DNA of 64,000 bases from Octopus sinensis (lineage: Eukaryota): positions 39,940,464-40,004,463 of the forward strand of contig NC_043011.1 of the NCBI RefSeq assembly GCF_006345805.1. The letters are read 5' to 3'. Made by a program: the position numbers and the translations under genes. Below, piece by piece: positions 61,800-64,000 of the stretch. Every line of letters starts with the position of its first letter. Positions within the stretch are counted from its first letter, which is position 1. Below the pieces are notes generated by a model that saw only the letters and a program-made list of their open reading frames with translations, was not told the origin of the DNA and did no database searches.

Positions 61800-62878
61800 A
61801 TGATAGCTTCTGTTATCTAGGTGACCAAGTTCATTGTGGAGGTGGATGATCAAAGAGTATGGTTTTGAGAATAACAATAGGCTGGGCAAAATTCAGAAAG
61901 CTCCTACTTCTGTTGGCCACAAAGAGCCTCTTCTTCAGAGTGAAACCAGACTGTATGATTCCTGTATGTGAACAGCTGTGATACATAGCGGTGAAACATG
62001 GGCGAAGACCACCATGGACATGTGTAGGCTTGAAAGAAATGAAGTTAGCACGCTCTGCTGGATGTGCAATGTCAGTGTGCATGTGTCAGAGAGTGTAAGT
62101 ATCTTGAGAGAAAAGTTGGACATTAGAGGCATCAGATGTAGTGTGCAAGAGAGACAGCTGTGCTGGTATGGTCATATGGTGTGTATGAACAAGGACAGCT
62201 GTGTAAACAAGTGCTGATCTCTAACTGTGGAGGAACCTGTGGAAGAGGTAGACTCAGGGTGACATGGGATGAGGTGATGAAGCATGATCTTTGAATGTTG
62301 GGCTTCATGGAGGCAATGACTAGTGACTGAGACCTTTGGTGATATGCTGTGCTTGAGAAAAACCATCAAGCCAAGTGAAATTGTAGTCGTGGCCAATGCT
62401 GGTGTTAAGTATCTGGCACCTGTGCCAGTGGCATGTAAAAAGCTCCTTTTGAGCGTTGGGCCCCACAGAGGCAATATGGCCAATGCCAGTGTCACGTAAC
62501 TAGCACCCATGCCAGTGACATGTAAAAAGCACCTTTCAAGCATTGGGCCTCTTGGAAGCAATGACAAATGACTGAGACCTTCGGCAATATGGCATGCTTG
62601 AGTATGACTGAATATGGCAGTATGCTGTGCTTGAGTAGAAGACCCAAGTCAAGTGAAATCATAGTTGTCGCAGATACTGGTGTCATGCAGTTGGCACAAG
62701 TGCCGGTGGCATGTAAAAGCACCCAGTATATTCTGTAAAGTGGTTGGCATTAGGAAGGGCATCCAGCCATAGAAACCATGCCAAATTAGACTGGAGTCTG
62801 GTGCAACCCCTCAGCTTACCAGCCCTGGTCAAACCATTTGGCCCATGCCAGCATGGACAACAGATAATGATGATGATG
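61800..62878 (+). mobile_element. 5'-truncated RTE LINE, second ORF-bearing copy
   Basis: DSFCYLGDQVHCGGG..GWAKFRKLLLLLATKSL..SGETWA..MCRLERNE..QERQLCWYGHMV, then the 3'UTR and (ATG)n tail. Confidence 0.88.
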
Positions 62879-63333
62879 GTATGGAATGGTCAAATTTTTC
62901 AAACTCTATGAGACAGTGTAAAAACCAACATGGAAGAGAAAATTATTGCTTACTGCCTTTTTTATTTGCACTTAGGGTCAGTTAACAAAGCTACTGTAGC
63001 AATCAGTAGTTTAGTGCTACTAGCAGAATGACTAAAATGCTTTTTTACACGCATGCATGCACGCACGCATGCACACACACACACACACACAGTGAGAAGT
63101 GCTATGCATGGAACCCCAAAATGTTTACACACTCGCAAGAGAACTTACTGAGAGCTGTAAATCAGATGACCTGTGACTGATGCAAGGTTGCAGTCAGATG
63201 GAAGGTCACTATGATGGAACTTAAAGCAGAATACAAACCATGATTTCCACATAAGCTATGGCAGCATTGCTGTTTCCAAAGTTTTATTTTCGTTTCTCTA
63301 TTATTAATTTTACTCATGTCTCTATCTTAGTAG

Positions 63334-63396
63334 GAACTGACGGATAAAGAAATCAAACTACATAAACAAACGGCAGCAAAACTGTTCAGAAGTTAA
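63334..63396 (+). CDS. Candidate terminal coding exon of the unknown + strand gene
   Basis: Long pyrimidine tract plus cttagtag|, phase 0, ELTDKEIKLHKQTAAKLFRS*, AATAAA at 63423-63428. Confidence 0.45.
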   Translation, partial: ELTDKEIKLHKQTAAKLFRS

Positions 63397-64000
63397 ATAA
63401 TACTAGCATATTTAGTAACAATAATAAATTTAATTTATCCTTGACAAATTTTAGTTTTATCAATTTTGAATATATCTATTCCAAGCTTCAGCAACTCTTA
63501 GGTGTACCAACTGTGATGGTACACAGTCTACCAGTTGTGGTAATGGTAAGAGGTCTGGAGGGATGGTCACAATACATTACTGGTCTTGTGATAAGTGGCT
63601 CGTTAAAGATTCTTACTATTCAGTGGGGGGGGGTCCACTTTATTGAATGCAATCTGGAATTTACCCTGTAATCCAGTTGCTTAACAGTTAATGATATTGT
63701 CAACCTTTGCAGAGCACTTAGTGCCATAACTTTTTATTAATTGCTTTTTGTGAAGAAGGAAAATTTGATTGATTGATTGTTTTCATACACATAATGAGAA
63801 AAAGGCTTAATTAGAGAATAGTTTTGGCATATCTTTGAGTGGGATAATTACAAACATTGGTACAAGACCAAAGATTTATAGGTGGGTAGGGCACCTATAA
63901 CTCAGAACTCAGAATGTAAAAAGCTAAAAAAAAAATGCCACTGCATATTTTGTCTGGTGCTGTAATGATACTGCCAGTTCACCACCATAATAATAATAAT

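Overview
AT-rich, microsatellite-dense eukaryotic DNA. The repeat families resemble those I recall from Octopus/cephalopod genomes; the organism call is an inference. Most of the window is decayed transposable elements: at least three tRNA-derived SINE families; RTE, Tx1/L1, R4/Dong-like, CRE-like and CR1/L2-like LINE fragments; four Tc1/mariner relics plus an IS630/Gambol-like relic; Helitron-type and MITE elements; and Penelope-type repeats with degenerate hammerhead-ribozyme motifs. Nearly all long ORFs in the supplied track are microsatellite artefacts. In the unique DNA I can join four + strand exons in consistent phase (31246-31270, 41961-42099, 43515-43784, 63334-63396) into a ~158-aa protein that I do not recognise; this is a manual model. 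A weaker antisense three-exon cluster lies at 52686-53198. The most notable structures are: (1) a 137-nt rod hairpin capped by a minimal type I hammerhead fold; (2) a SINE and a near-full-length Tx1 LINE stacked at one triplicated 16-bp target inside another SINE's tRNA-like head, with a 25-nt 3' tail shared by SINE and LINE; (3) two oppositely oriented arrays of an overlapping STAT/kappaB-like motif bracketing a candidate first exon; (4) three restriction-like-endonuclease LINE 3' ends stacked in (TACA)n. No CRISPR array, rRNA gene or intact tRNA gene was seen.
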